Assembly (NCBI GenBank): GCA_964605155.1
Contig: CAZSAK010000012.1
Span: 16,746-80,745, forward strand
Source: an uncultured Chromatiaceae bacterium
Lineage (GTDB): Bacteria > Pseudomonadota > Gammaproteobacteria > SZUA-140
Length of the DNA stretch: 64,000 nt
Direction: 5' to 3'
Positions within the stretch are counted from its first letter, which is position 1; every line of letters begins with the position of its first letter. Below, in pieces: positions 8,694 to 19,258 of this stretch. The notes below the pieces were generated by a model. That model searched no databases and had not been told where the DNA came from. It was given only the letters and a program-made list of their open reading frames with translations. A program made the translations under genes and the position numbers.

Positions 8694-9608
8694 TCAATCA
8701 CCACCCGGCATATGCCACAGGGACTTGGCCTCTTTCAGGACGAAATCCTTGAATGCCTGTGTGATCGGTGAGAGGCGTTTACCCTTGCGATGAACGACAT
8801 ACCATTGGCGCATGATAGGAAACGATTCGACATCGAGCACCACCAGGTGATGGGTTTGCAATTCGAGTTCGAGAGTGTGCAGGGAGACGATGCCCAGACC
8901 CAGACCGGCCTGTACTGCCTGCTGGATGGCCTCATTACTGGTCATTACCATGCCGGTGGTAAGATGGATGCCCTTTTCATTGAAAAAACGCTCCATCGCA
9001 ATGCGAGTACCCGATACGGCTTCACGCACCACAAAGGTTTCGCCCTGCAACTCGGTCAATGGGATGTGTTTACGCCGCGCAAACGGATGATCAGGCGCCG
9101 CAATCACTACCAAAGGATTATCCATGAAGGGCTCGGCATCAAGATCAGTTCCCTCTGGTGGTTTTCCCATGATGACCAGATCGGTCTCATTGGCAGAGAG
9201 TTGCTGTAACAGATTCTCACGGTTGGTAACGTCAAGGCTGACGGTCACGCCTTTCATGCGTACATTAAAGATTGCCAGTAACCGGGTACTGAAGTAATTG
9301 GCCGTACTCGCGACCGAGACAACCAATCTGCCGCGTTTTACACCTTTCATATCCTCGATAACCGTCTCGGCCTCCGCCAGTTGCTGGGCAATCGTGCGAC
9401 TGTAATGAAACATCTCCCGACCGGCCTCGGTAAGATAGATCTTCTTGCCGAGGCGTTCGAACAACGGCAGGCCGATATTGGCTTCCAGTTGCTTGATCTG
9501 CATCGAGACGGCCGGTTGCGATAGATAGAGCTCCTCCGCCGCATGCGTATAACTCAATAATCTTGCTACAGATTCAAAGATTTTCAGCTGATGCAGGGTG
9601 ACATGCAT
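8694..9608 (-). CDS. cbbR: LysR-family transcriptional regulator of the RuBisCO operon (CbbR)
   Basis: The N-terminal helix-turn-helix reads LHQLKIFESVARLLSYTHAAEELYLSQPAVSMQIKQLE. The gene is divergently transcribed from cbbL across an AT-rich intergenic region. Confidence 0.85.
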   Translation of the reverse strand: MHVTLHQLKIFESVARLLSYTHAAEELYLSQPAVSMQIKQLEANIGLPLFERLGKKIYLTEAGREMFHYSRTIAQQLAEAETVIEDMKGVKRGRLVVSVASTANYFSTRLLAIFNVRMKGVTVSLDVTNRENLLQQLSANETDLVIMGKPPEGTDLDAEPFMDNPLVVIAAPDHPFARRKHIPLTELQGETFVVREAVSGTRIAMERFFNEKGIHLTTGMVMTSNEAIQQAVQAGLGLGIVSLHTLELELQTHHLVVLDVESFPIMRQWYVVHRKGKRLSPITQAFKDFVLKEAKSLWHMPGGD

Positions 9609-9844
9609 AATATAATTATATATAAATAAATATTTATGTTAAATATAAATTATATTTATTTTACATTATAATTTATTCCCGTATGATTTGTATCACAATA
9701 AGCCTGAGGCAGCAGGAGTTGACTATAATCAGGAATCAGGAAAGCCGTTTGGCACTGTTGACCCGCTTCACTGAATAACAAGACTTATAAATTAAAGTTG
9801 TATCGAAACCGAATACCAATCTTTTATATAGAGGAGAATTGATC
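9609..9844. promoter_or_regulatory. cbbR-cbbL divergent promoter/operator region
   Basis: Roughly 80 bp are almost pure A/T in a genome of about 50% GC. It contains the perfect 16-bp palindrome ATAAATAAATATTTAT at about 9622-9637 and several T-N11-A-like LysR motifs. A GAGGAG ribosome-binding site lies 8 nt before the cbbL ATG. Confidence 0.6.
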
Positions 9845-11263
9845 ATGGCAAAGACCTATACCGCGGGTGTCAAGGATTACCGCGAAACCTACTGGATGCC
9901 CGACTACACCCCGTCGGATACAGATATCCTGGCGTGCTTCAAAGTCACGCCACAACCCGGGGTCCCACGTGAGGAAGCTGCAGCCGCGGTAGCCGCCGAG
10001 TCATCGACCGGTACCTGGACAACGGTCTGGACCGACCTGTTGACGGACCTCGATTATTACAAGGGACGCGCCTATGCGATTGAGGATGTACCTGGTGATG
10101 ATGAATGTTTTTATGCCTTCATCGCCTATCCGATTGACCTGTTCGAAGAAGGTTCCGTCGTCAACGTATTCACTTCACTGGTCGGCAACGTATTCGGATT
10201 CAAGGCGCTGCGCAACCTGCGTCTCGAGGACGTTCGCTTCCCGATCGCCTATGTCAAAACCTGCGGTGGTCCGCCGAACGGCATACAGGTTGAACGTGAC
10301 ATCATGAATAAATATGGTCGTCCGCTGCTGGGTTGCACCATCAAACCCAAACTGGGCCTGTCTGCAAAAAACTATGGTCGTGCCGTCTATGAATGTCTGC
10401 GCGGCGGCCTGGACTTCACCAAGGATGATGAAAACGTCAATTCACAACCATTCATGCGCTGGAATCATCGTTTTGATTTTGTCATGGAGGCCATTGAAAA
10501 GGCCGAGAGGGAGACGGGTGAACGCAAGGGTCATTACCTAAATGTAACAGCACCCACACCGGAAGAGATGTACAGACGCGCAGAATATGCCAAGGAACTC
10601 GGCGCACCGATTATCATGCACGACTATATTACCGGAGGCTTCTGCGCCAACACAGGCCTGGCTAACTGGTGTCGTCAGAATGGCATGTTGCTGCATATTC
10701 ACCGCGCCATGCATGCTGTGCTCGACAGGCATCCGCGTCACGGCATCCATTTCCGGGTACTGGCCAAGATCCTGCGTCTATCAGGTGGTGATCATCTCCA
10801 CTCCGGCACCGTCGTCGGCAAGCTGGAAGGTGACCGCGAGGCGACACTGGGCTGGATCGATATCATGCGCGACAGCTTCATCAAGGAAGACCGCAGCCGC
10901 GGTATCTTCTTCGATCAGGACTGGGGTTCCATGCCCGGAGTATTGCCGGTCGCATCCGGTGGTATCCACGTATGGCATATGCCAGCGCTGGTCGCCATCT
11001 TCGGTGACGACTCCGTACTGCAATTCGGCGGCGGAACACTGGGTCACCCGTGGGGCAACGCAGCCGGTGCCGCGGCCAACCGTGTCTCGCTGGAAGCCTG
11101 TGTGGAGGCACGTAACCAGGGCCGTCAGATCGAGAAGGAAGGCAAGGAAATTCTCACCGAGGCTGCCAAACACAGTCCGGAACTCAAGATGGCGATGGAA
11201 ACCTGGAAAGAGATCAAGTTTGAATTCGATACGGTGGACAAACTGGACGTCGCCCACAAGTAA
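9845..11263 (+). CDS. cbbL: Ribulose-1,5-bisphosphate carboxylase/oxygenase large subunit, form IA
   Basis: The sequence is unmistakably RbcL: the form I N-terminus [21 protein letters not shown], the active-site stretch [20 protein letters not shown], and HRAMHAV with GGDHLHSGT. The C-terminus resembles form IA. Confidence 0.97.
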   Translation: MAKTYTAGVKDYRETYWMPDYTPSDTDILACFKVTPQPGVPREEAAAAVAAESSTGTWTTVWTDLLTDLDYYKGRAYAIEDVPGDDECFYAFIAYPIDLFEEGSVVNVFTSLVGNVFGFKALRNLRLEDVRFPIAYVKTCGGPPNGIQVERDIMNKYGRPLLGCTIKPKLGLSAKNYGRAVYECLRGGLDFTKDDENVNSQPFMRWNHRFDFVMEAIEKAERETGERKGHYLNVTAPTPEEMYRRAEYAKELGAPIIMHDYITGGFCANTGLANWCRQNGMLLHIHRAMHAVLDRHPRHGIHFRVLAKILRLSGGDHLHSGTVVGKLEGDREATLGWIDIMRDSFIKEDRSRGIFFDQDWGSMPGVLPVASGGIHVWHMPALVAIFGDDSVLQFGGGTLGHPWGNAAGAAANRVSLEACVEARNQGRQIEKEGKEILTEAAKHSPELKMAMETWKEIKFEFDTVDKLDVAHK

Positions 11264-11351
11264 CAGGCAGACCATGCGCTGGTGCCTGAGTGCCAGCGCA
11301 TGGATACGACCATAACCTTTATTTACTGAAATCTATTTTGAGGATAACGAG

Positions 11352-11711
11352 ATGAGCACAATGCAAGACTACAGTTCAAGCCTGAGTGATCCGGCAAGCC
11401 GCAAGTTCGAGACCTTTTCATACCTGCCGGAGCTGGACAAGGATCAGATTCGCAAACAGGTGGAATACATAGTGAACAAGGGCTGGAATCCGGCCATCGA
11501 ACACACCGAGCCGGAAAACGCCTTCGATCACTACTGGTATATGTGGAAACTGCCAATGTTCGGCGAGACCGATGTGGATACAATACTGAACGAGGCCGAG
11601 GCCTGTCACAAAGCACATCCGGACCATCACGTACGCCTGGTCGGTTACGACAATTACAAACAGTCTCAGGGAACGGCCCTGGTAATCTTTCGTGGTCCCA
11701 TCAAGGTCTGA
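11352..11711 (+). CDS. cbbS: RuBisCO small subunit
   Basis: 119 aa and directly downstream of cbbL. It carries the characteristic FETFSYLP and [11 protein letters not shown] motifs and has a GAGGA ribosome-binding site. Confidence 0.95.
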   Translation: MSTMQDYSSSLSDPASRKFETFSYLPELDKDQIRKQVEYIVNKGWNPAIEHTEPENAFDHYWYMWKLPMFGETDVDTILNEAEACHKAHPDHHVRLVGYDNYKQSQGTALVIFRGPIKV

Positions 11712-11796
11712 TAGGCCGACCGCGTGAGGACAGGCCCTTGACTGTTGTTCGCGGTCAGGGGCTTTTTTTTATCCGTAATGTTATAACCGATGGAAT

Positions 11797-12603
11797 ATGA
11801 CTATGGACAATACTGAACAATACCGGATTCAAGAAGAACCCTATTATCTCCCTGTCGCCGACGAGGTAGAACTCTATAAAGCCGCATACGAAGCCCGCAT
11901 GCCTATGATGCTGAAGGGACCGACCGGCTGCGGCAAAACACGCTTTGTGGAATACATGGCCTGGAAACTGCAACGGCCCTTGATTACCGTGGCGTGCAAC
12001 GAGGACATGACGGCATCCGATCTGGTGGGCCGATATCTGCTGGATCCCGACGGCACTCGCTGGCAGGACGGACCACTTACCACAGCGGCTCGACTCGGTG
12101 CAATCTGTTATCTGGACGAGGTCGTCGAGGCCAGGCAGGACACCACCGTTGTTATCCATCCGCTTACCGATCATCGTCGCACGCTGCCACTTGAAAAAAA
12201 AGGTGAACTTGTCCATGCCCACGCTGATTTCCAGCTGGTGATATCCTACAATCCCGGCTATCAACATCTGATGAAGGATCTCAAACAATCCACCAAGCAA
12301 CGTTTCGGTGCCCTGGACTTTGCCTATCCCGACATTGAGGTCGAAACGAAAGTCGTCAGCCATGAAACCGGGGTGGATGAGGACACTGCGAACAAACTGG
12401 TCCAGATTGCCCATCGGGCACGCAATCTGAAAGGGCATGGTCTGGATGAAGGTCTTTCGACGCGACTACTGGTCTATGCCGGTATCCTTATCAGCAAGGG
12501 CATCGATGCCAGAACGGCATGCATGATGACACTGGTAAGGCCCATCACCGATGACCCGGATATGCGTGACACACTCGATGCGGCGGTCAGCACCTATTTC
12601 TAG
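11797..12603 (+). CDS. cbbQ: CbbQ, an AAA+ (MoxR-type) RuBisCO activase ATPase
   Basis: It has the Walker A motif [10 protein letters not shown], is 268 aa, and follows cbbS. Confidence 0.92.
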   Translation: MTMDNTEQYRIQEEPYYLPVADEVELYKAAYEARMPMMLKGPTGCGKTRFVEYMAWKLQRPLITVACNEDMTASDLVGRYLLDPDGTRWQDGPLTTAARLGAICYLDEVVEARQDTTVVIHPLTDHRRTLPLEKKGELVHAHADFQLVISYNPGYQHLMKDLKQSTKQRFGALDFAYPDIEVETKVVSHETGVDEDTANKLVQIAHRARNLKGHGLDEGLSTRLLVYAGILISKGIDARTACMMTLVRPITDDPDMRDTLDAAVSTYF

Positions 12604-12618
12604 CCAGTTGCCTGTCTG

Positions 12619-14970
12619 ATGACCGTCAAGCTAGATGATTACCGGGACTGGCTGGAGGAGACTGATCCACATATCCGGGACACCCTCGACGGCAGCTTTG
12701 CCGAAGCGGCGCGTGTCATGTCTTCCGCTGCACTCACCCATTATCTCGATGGCGCCCGGGCGTTGTGTGAACTCGGACGTGGCACAGACCTGGTCGTTTC
12801 ATACCTGCAGGAAATGCCGACCGTCGCGAAGGAAGTGGGAGAAGATGTCATCAAGGACTGTTCCAGCGCCGCGATGAAACTCTCCTCGCTGGTCAGCGGG
12901 GAGATCATCAGCCTGATGTTCGCCAATCTGCCAGCCGCCGCCAGGCGGCTCGGTGACGCTGAATTATTGCGCAGTTTTCTCAACCTCGTCCACCAGCTCG
13001 CCTCCAAGGCGCCCCGTGGACTGAGGCCCATGATGGCCCATCTTGATGACTTGTTCACCAAGCTGACGCTGGGCGGACTGCGGCGCTGGGCCATGTGGGG
13101 TGTACAGGCGCACGGACGTGATTTTGATGCTTTGAGCGCCTACTTCAATCTGGAGTCAGCCGATAGCCAGGCCATTCTTAACAGGGAAAGACGCGGCACC
13201 CTGTTTGTGGATCATCAACGCAAACTGGGTTTTTATCTGCGCGCGCTGTGGGGCAGGAATTTCTTCCTGCGGCCGACGTCGGGGGACTATGAAAGTCGTG
13301 AAGGATACAGACCCTACATAGAATACCAGATTATCCACTTACCCGACGCGTTTGACAATGTCCACGATATACCCGGCAGTATATTGTACCGCGCCGCCGC
13401 CGCACACGCCGCCGCACATCTGGCGTATACACGGCAGGCCCTGTCGGCAGAGGCACTCAATCCCGTACAGATGTTCTTCATCGGCATGATCGAGGATGCC
13501 CGCATCGAGTCGCTGGCGATTGCGGAATTTCCCGGGCTTAAACAGCTCTGGCTGCAGTTCCATCAGGCGCTGCTCGACGCAGATACGGACAACGCCAATC
13601 ACACTGTAATTCGCCTGCTCCGGCAATGCGCACGTAGTCTTCTGGATAATAGGATCACGGACGAAACAGACCCTCTCATCGGGGAGATCTGTGATGAGTT
13701 CCAGGCAAGGGTTGCACAACAAGCCCATGACAACAGGATAAGCTGGGAACTCGGTATCGCTTTGTATAACCGGATCAAGAAGTCAGCGTCCTTGCCCTCC
13801 CTCAGGGAACTGGGATCCTCGCTGGCGCCGTACCGGGATGACAACCGCTTTAGCTGGTCGACCGAGGAACAGATATGGAATGAAGTCGAATATATCCCTG
13901 CAAGTCACCGACAGGTCAGACGCAACGTATCCATCATGGAAATGGTCAATGAACTCGATTGCGAACTTGCCGGCGACGATGCGGAGGAAATCTGGAACCT
14001 GGAGACTGAATTCTTTCGCGACGGCGATCCGGAAGATGTCAGTCTCAATCAGCTGGAGGGCAAGGAACCCGTCAGTCTGCCCTATCACTATCATGAATGG
14101 GATTATCAGGTTCAGTTACACCGTCCTGACTGGGTGACTGTACTGGAAAAGTCCCAGCCAAAGGGCGATCCCGGGGATATCGATGAGATCCTGACGGAAT
14201 ACAAGTTGCTCGCAAACCGCATCAGGCAGGTCATCAATGCCCTGCAGCCGAGAGGTTTGATACGCCAGCGTCACCAGGAAGACGGGGATGAAATCGACCT
14301 GAATGCGGCCATCAACGCCATGGTGACTCTACGTATGCATCAAATACCGGATCCCAGGGTCAATATTCGTCATATCCGCAACACCCGTGACCTTGCCGTA
14401 CTGGTATTGCTCGATCTTTCCGAATCGACCAATGAGACCCTGTCAGGCAGCGACCGCCCGGTATTACAACTGGCTCGTGAAGCAACTGCCCTGCTCGCCT
14501 GGGCGATCGACCGTATAGGGGATCCCTTTGCCATCCATGGGTTCGCATCAGACGGACGCCATGATGTGCAGTATTATCGTTTCAAGGATTTTGACTGGGC
14601 GTATGATGACCACGTCAAATCAAGGCTCGCAGGCATGCAGGGAGGTCTGTCTACCCGCATGGGCGGGGCACTGCGCCATGCGGGCAGCTACCTGTTGCAA
14701 CAACCGCAACAGAAAAAACTGATCTTGCTGGTCTCGGATGGAGAACCCGCTGACATCGATGAACGTGATCCACAATATCTGCGCCACGATACCAGGAAGG
14801 CTGTCGAAGAACTCACTACAAAAGGTGTTCTCACTTACTGCCTGACACTTGATCCGGATGCTGATGATTATGTATCACGAATCTTCGGCACCAATGCCTA
14901 TACCGTAGTCGACAATGTACAGCGTTTGCCGGAACGATTACCGTCACTTTTCATGACACTGACTAAATAA
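12619..14970 (+). CDS. cbbO: CbbO, the von Willebrand factor A domain partner of CbbQ
   Basis: 783 aa. The C-terminal VWA domain is marked by VLLDLSESTNE and LLVSDGEPADID. It follows cbbQ. Confidence 0.9.
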   Translation: MTVKLDDYRDWLEETDPHIRDTLDGSFAEAARVMSSAALTHYLDGARALCELGRGTDLVVSYLQEMPTVAKEVGEDVIKDCSSAAMKLSSLVSGEIISLMFANLPAAARRLGDAELLRSFLNLVHQLASKAPRGLRPMMAHLDDLFTKLTLGGLRRWAMWGVQAHGRDFDALSAYFNLESADSQAILNRERRGTLFVDHQRKLGFYLRALWGRNFFLRPTSGDYESREGYRPYIEYQIIHLPDAFDNVHDIPGSILYRAAAAHAAAHLAYTRQALSAEALNPVQMFFIGMIEDARIESLAIAEFPGLKQLWLQFHQALLDADTDNANHTVIRLLRQCARSLLDNRITDETDPLIGEICDEFQARVAQQAHDNRISWELGIALYNRIKKSASLPSLRELGSSLAPYRDDNRFSWSTEEQIWNEVEYIPASHRQVRRNVSIMEMVNELDCELAGDDAEEIWNLETEFFRDGDPEDVSLNQLEGKEPVSLPYHYHEWDYQVQLHRPDWVTVLEKSQPKGDPGDIDEILTEYKLLANRIRQVINALQPRGLIRQRHQEDGDEIDLNAAINAMVTLRMHQIPDPRVNIRHIRNTRDLAVLVLLDLSESTNETLSGSDRPVLQLAREATALLAWAIDRIGDPFAIHGFASDGRHDVQYYRFKDFDWAYDDHVKSRLAGMQGGLSTRMGGALRHAGSYLLQQPQQKKLILLVSDGEPADIDERDPQYLRHDTRKAVEELTTKGVLTYCLTLDPDADDYVSRIFGTNAYTVVDNVQRLPERLPSLFMTLTK

Positions 14971-15212
14971 AGTTACTGCCTTTATTGCAAGTTTCACATT
15001 GATTAGTCCAGATAAAGTTATGTTAACATACAAAAAATTATTGCGATTTATTCTGGAATGGAGTATATAAAAGTCGCCTGCGCCATTTTTTGCGGCATCT
15101 GGCATAGTGTTTTATGAGTCTTTTGATGTGTGGACTGATTCAATAATCAGCAAAACAAGAGATTGGACCCCACAACTGTTGTTATTAACTTAGCATGTAA
15201 AAGGGGGCGGAT

Positions 15213-15437
15213 ATGAAAGCGAAATTTGTCAAAGGGATGTTGGCCGGTGCCGTCGTTGCCTTTCCTCTTGGAATCAATTTCGGCAAGGACATGCCATTAA
15301 TGAGCAACCCGTTTCAGGCCAAGCCTGATATCGCCGACAGGGTTATCGAAAGGACCAATTCCTTGATTGAAGATACCAAGGGAATGATACACGCAGCCAC
15401 GGAACCCTCGGAAGACCAGCTCAAGAATAATAAATAG
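15213..15437 (+). CDS. Small hypothetical protein (74 aa)
   Basis: A strong AAGGGGG ribosome-binding site lies 7 nt upstream. The N-terminus is hydrophobic. It sits directly downstream of cbbO. Confidence 0.45.
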   Translation: MKAKFVKGMLAGAVVAFPLGINFGKDMPLMSNPFQAKPDIADRVIERTNSLIEDTKGMIHAATEPSEDQLKNNK

Positions 15438-15496
15438 GCGATCATTGGCAGAGAGCGGACTGCGAGTGACGATACAGTGGTCACCTTACCGCAGTA

Positions 15497-15910
15497 TTAC
15501 TCGATAGCGCCCACCTGATCCAGATATTTCCTTACCGCCATATACAGCAAACTGTTTTTGTCGCGGTACGAATAATCGAACAGGATCCCGATGCGGTAAT
15601 CACCGTGCGAATCGGGATCATCCTCACACCATGTGACGGTGCCGGTAACGCTGACACCGTGATCGTCTTCCTCGTAAGTAATCACCACAGTCCTGCCGGG
15701 ATCCAGATAACACTGGGTCTCAACGCCGATCCCGGACAAGGAAATATTGAAGACATTCTCTACCTCAATCAGTTCATCGCTGGCTTCAAGTGTGAAGGTG
15801 CCTTCACACTCACTCATATGCAATTCCTTGCGCTCATCTTGCCTTCTGTCAGAAACCACTCTGAATCTCCTTGTTTTTACAAACCCGCAGGGGTTCCTGT
15901 TGACCCGCAA
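15497..15910 (-). CDS. PilZ-domain (c-di-GMP-binding) protein
   Basis: It carries the RRQDER (RxxxR) motif and the NISLSG (D/NxSxxG) motif with PilZ-like spacing. Confidence 0.6.
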   Translation of the reverse strand: MRVNRNPCGFVKTRRFRVVSDRRQDERKELHMSECEGTFTLEASDELIEVENVFNISLSGIGVETQCYLDPGRTVVITYEEDDHGVSVTGTVTWCEDDPDSHGDYRIGILFDYSYRDKNSLLYMAVRKYLDQVGAIE

Positions 15911-16061
15911 ATGAAGATGATCGACGGTCGCTCTTGCGTTCGATATTTATTATATATAACAGTCAGTTAATCAAAACTATTCAAGACAATATGCCAGTCT
16001 GACGATGATATATATCGACACATTTTGCATAACTATAATCCCGAATCCTGATGAAGTTGTT

Positions 16062-16871
16062 ATGATCGATAAATCACTCCTGGTCGTCGATGACGACGAA
16101 AACAACCGCAATATCCTCTGTCGCCGTCTTGAAAAAGAGGGTTATATGGTCACTGATGCAAGCAGTGCGGTAGAGGCTCTCAACATCCTGCGTTTTGAAA
16201 AGTTCGATATGGCATTGCTTGATTTCATGTTGCCGGGCATGGACGGTTATGAATTATTACTAAGGATAAAGGCGGACTCCAATGCCCTCGATACAGCGGT
16301 CATCATGATCTCGGCTGTCAGTGATAAAGACTCTATTATCAACTGCTTAAGACTTGGCGCTAGTGATTATCTGCTCAAGCCCTATAATATGGAGATCGTC
16401 AAAGCCAGGATCCGGCGGTGCCTGGGTACGTGGCGCGGTATCAATAATGAACGAATCTGGCAGGCTGATATGCAAAATTCCAATGTGTTGATTGTCGAGG
16501 ATGATGAATTCAACCGCGATCTTCTCGAGAGGCGTATCAAACAAAGCGGCTTCAATGCAAGTTGCGCAAAAGACGGCAGAGAGGCGCTAGAAATACTCGA
16601 AAACGAGAAATTTGATCTGATGCTGCTCGATCTCATGATGCCGGGCATAGATGGCATTGAGGTTCTAAAACAGGTAAAGGTGAACAAGAAATACGCCGGG
16701 TTACCTGTCATTATGGTATCTGCCCTGGACGACTCTGAAAGCATTGCCGCCTGCATGCAACACGGTGCGACGGATTACATTACCAAGCCATTCAATGCGG
16801 TGCTGCTACGGGCACGCATCGAATCCGTGCTCAAGGAAAAACTGTTGAAGGAATCCAACTACGAAGATTAG
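16062..16871 (+). CDS. Response regulator with two tandem receiver domains and no output domain
   Basis: Two REC repeats are present (VVDDDENN...LLDFMLPGMDG...KP and IVEDDEFN...LLDLMMPGIDG...KP). The start was chosen at MIDKSLLVV. Confidence 0.8.
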   Translation: MIDKSLLVVDDDENNRNILCRRLEKEGYMVTDASSAVEALNILRFEKFDMALLDFMLPGMDGYELLLRIKADSNALDTAVIMISAVSDKDSIINCLRLGASDYLLKPYNMEIVKARIRRCLGTWRGINNERIWQADMQNSNVLIVEDDEFNRDLLERRIKQSGFNASCAKDGREALEILENEKFDLMLLDLMMPGIDGIEVLKQVKVNKKYAGLPVIMVSALDDSESIAACMQHGATDYITKPFNAVLLRARIESVLKEKLLKESNYED

Positions 16872-16905
16872 AACCGTCGCCTCAACCTATACCTGACCGG
16901 CAATC

Positions 16906-17088
16906 TCAGGTCATCGAAATCAGCAACAGCACGAACAGCACCACGATACCTATGGGTATCAAAACACCTCGCCAGTCCTTATGCTCGGCCCGTCTGCTTT
17001 GTTCCAATGCTGCCTTGAGTCCGGGACGAAACAATAAAATCAATATTAACGCCAGGACACCCAGCAGGATTTTTTCCCATAGCTCCAT
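16906..17088 (-). CDS. Small two-TM membrane protein (60 aa), hypothetical
   Basis: It is a hydrophobic ORF downstream of amtB on the same strand. It has only a weak ribosome-binding site. Confidence 0.25.
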   Translation of the reverse strand: MELWEKILLGVLALILILLFRPGLKAALEQSRRAEHKDWRGVLIPIGIVVLFVLLLISMT

Positions 17089-17168
17089 GCAGGTTTACTT
17101 CTTTATCCAGGACAAGCTGCGGCGGATCGGCAATGGTACTGAGTGCGTAATCATCGAATCCGGTGCCG

Positions 17169-18485
17169 TTATATGTTGTAGCCCGTTTCGTCGTGCAACA
17201 CCAGATCGAGCCCCTCGGTCTCCTGCTCCCTGGTAACACGCAGGCCTATCGTTGCATCAATGATCTTGAAGATCAACAGGGTCAACACTCCGCACCACAC
17301 TATGGTAGCCACAACACCGACCAGCTGATAAGTTAGTTGCCCTGCGATGGAGACACCCTCCGCCAGACCCAGCCCCCCAAGCGCCGTGGCTGCGAATACC
17401 CCTGTCAACAGGGTCCCGATAATACCGCCGATACCATGGACGGGAAATACATCGAGTGAATCGTCGATATAAAACCTACGCTTGACCAATTGGGTTGCAA
17501 AGAAACACACAACACCAGCCGTACCGCCAATAATGACGCCGCCAAGCGGCCCGACAAAACCGGAAGCCGGGGTGATGGTCCCCAGTCCGGCCACCATGCC
17601 GGTCACGATACCCAACACACTGGGTTTGCCATGTCGCAGCCACTCGCAGACCATCCAGGTCAGTGACCCGGTTGCCGCACCTAGATGGGTCACCAGCATT
17701 GCCATGCCCGCAGTGCCATCTGCCGCCAATGCACTGCCTGCATTGAATCCAAACCAGCCGACCCACAACATACAGGCGCCCGTCACGGTCATTGTCAGGT
17801 TGTGGGGCGGCATCGCTGTATTGGGAAATCCGTGGCGCTTGCCGAGTAACAGTGCAGCCACCAAGGCCGCGACACCCGCATTGATATGAACAACGGTTCC
17901 ACCTGCAAAATCCATCACACCCAAATCACCCAGCCAGCCGCCTCCCCATACCCAGTGGCATACAGGGGCATAGACGAAGGTCAGCCACAATACGCTGAAC
18001 CACAGCACCGCACTGAATTTCATGCGTTCCGCAAATCCACCCACGACAAGCGCCGGCGTGATAATGGCAAATGTCAGCTGGAACATGGCAAACACTGTTT
18101 CCGGTATATCCCCGCTGAGGCTGTCCAGGCCTACGCCCGAGAAGAATGCCTTGTCAAGACCTCCAATGAACATGTGCATGCTGCCGCCGTCACCAAAGGA
18201 CAAGCTATAGGCATAGGCAAACCACACCAGCGACATCAGACAGGTAATCGCAAAACATTGCATCAACACCGACAACACGTTCTTGTTACGTACCAGGCCC
18301 GCGTAAAATAATGCAAGGCCAGGGATCGTCATAAATAATACCAGTACAGTAGATGTCAGCATCCAGGCGGTATTCGCCATGTTCAGCACGGCCCCGGTTT
18401 CGGCCGAGGCTCCGTTTGAACACAAGATCGCCGGGATGATTAGCATGATACGGGCTATCCTATTATTTCTTGTTGCACTCGCCAT
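17169..18485 (-). CDS. amtB: Ammonium transporter
   Basis: The Amt signature LVLFMTIPGLALFYAGLVRNKNVLS is present, with about 11 TM helices. A strong AGGGGGA ribosome-binding site precedes the gene. It lies 26 bp downstream of glnK. Confidence 0.92.
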   Translation of the reverse strand: MASATRNNRIARIMLIIPAILCSNGASAETGAVLNMANTAWMLTSTVLVLFMTIPGLALFYAGLVRNKNVLSVLMQCFAITCLMSLVWFAYAYSLSFGDGGSMHMFIGGLDKAFFSGVGLDSLSGDIPETVFAMFQLTFAIITPALVVGGFAERMKFSAVLWFSVLWLTFVYAPVCHWVWGGGWLGDLGVMDFAGGTVVHINAGVAALVAALLLGKRHGFPNTAMPPHNLTMTVTGACMLWVGWFGFNAGSALAADGTAGMAMLVTHLGAATGSLTWMVCEWLRHGKPSVLGIVTGMVAGLGTITPASGFVGPLGGVIIGGTAGVVCFFATQLVKRRFYIDDSLDVFPVHGIGGIIGTLLTGVFAATALGGLGLAEGVSIAGQLTYQLVGVVATIVWCGVLTLLIFKIIDATIGLRVTREQETEGLDLVLHDETGYNI

Positions 18486-18511
18486 TGTTTTATCCCCCTT
18501 ATTTTTGGGCT

Positions 18512-18850
<339 letters not shown>

Positions 18851-19258
18851 TTATTCCTCCTGTCGGATAAATCTCTGCTTGCAGACCCCGTAAAACATCA
18901 AACTCAACGAAGTATATCGGATTTGCTACGTCGTGCTGCTGAGTAAGGGTGGAGCTGAAAACCGGCATGGTAACTATTTTATACATTGTTCCCGCCATTC
19001 GTGATGGTGATACTCCTCAACCTTCATCCGTATGTCAATAGTCTGGTCACAATCATCCCCGTCAATCCCAGAAAATGGAATATTAGAACATCAACAATTA
19101 CTTGCGCTGGGCAATGAAATGATTAATGATTAGTGTCACATTGATTTACTATTGATACATTAAACGGTAAACACTACGTACACACCCATGAACGGGTGAC
19201 AAATGCGTCCTAATCAATTACCTTTATCAAGTCCACTTAAAACGGAGATTTTCAAGCC

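Noticed and set aside
8487-8771. A 94-aa plus-strand His-rich ORF
   Set aside because: It overlaps the minus-strand secreted His/Cys-rich gene and the cbbR 3' end. It lacks a signal peptide and a ribosome-binding site, and the minus-strand ORF is preferred.
10587-11315. A 242-aa plus-strand ORF
   Set aside because: It is an alternative frame inside cbbL. The RbcL identity of the main frame is unambiguous.
11755-12438. A 227-aa minus-strand ORF
   Set aside because: It is antisense to cbbQ, which has Walker A and AAA+ motifs, and no features support it.
18851-19258. A possible sigma-54/NtrC promoter upstream of glnK-amtB
   Set aside because: I looked for GG-N10-GC (TGGCAC-N5-TTGCA) on the minus strand. 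I found only an off-by-one near match around 18880..18895, which is not convincing without a scoring tool.
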